A DNA stretch of 64,000 nt from Nitrospirota bacterium (lineage in GTDB: Bacteria; Nitrospirota; UBA9217), in assembly GCA_963818475.1 (NCBI GenBank), contig CAWFSF010000002.1, forward strand, positions 704,001 through 768,000, given 5' to 3'. The notes under the pieces were generated by a model. The model was not told the origin of the DNA. It made no database searches and worked only from the letters and a program-made list of their open reading frames with translations. Each line of letters opens with the position of its first letter. Within the stretch, counting starts at the first letter, position 1. Positions 63,766-64,000 of the stretch are shown piece by piece. The position numbers and the translations under genes are program-made.

Positions 63766-64000
63766 ATGTTGACAGAAAAAACGGTTGACCGGGAGAGCCA
63801 GCAAAAACTGTACGTCCAGATGTTCTCCATTATCAAGGAGAAGATCGAGACAGCGGGAATGGCCGGTGGGTTCGCAGATCCCGACCGAGGATGAGCTCTG
63901 CAGGACCTACGATGTGAGCAAGGCGACGGTCCGAATGGCCATGGCCGATCTGGTGCGGAGCGGTTATCTCAAGAAACAGCAGGGCAAGGGCACGTTCGTG
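63766..64000 (+). CDS. GntR-family transcriptional regulator (partial, frameshift near 63855)
   Basis: KLYVQ...IKEKIE / GEWPVGSQIPTEDELCRTYDVSKATVR...QGKGTFV; runs off the window end. Confidence 0.85.

Overview
GC-rich bacterial chromosomal segment, probably origin-proximal (mnmE-mnmG-rsmG...parA-parB with parS sites). Gene content (multiheme c-type cytochromes, hcp, sigma54 regulation, bactofilin) suggests an anaerobe such as a Nitrospirota or Desulfobacterota member; this is inference only. Many housekeeping genes carry single-base frameshifts, most likely assembly errors. Main points: (1) an AT-rich island at ~26.5-33.2 kb with a 5hmdU-DNA-kinase-like gene, a ThsB-like TIR gene, an Nmad2 gene and a membrane protein, converging on a MerR-HTH / radical SAM-SPASM / HD-domain operon; this is a candidate undescribed anti-phage or nucleotide-modification system. 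(2) An adjacent IS110/IS1111-type element with inferable ends, a junction promoter and a candidate bridge-RNA region. (3) A dense family of intergenic inverted repeats with 9-10 nt periodic arms. One encloses a degenerate GxxExxY gene, some are nested, and related heptamer repeats sit in-frame inside purL. (4) An L,D-transpeptidase-Mur ligase fusion, a candidate CRP/FNR(HcpR)-type regulon, and a sigma54-driven cytochrome/NHL cluster. All family assignments come from motif recognition; no database searches were run.
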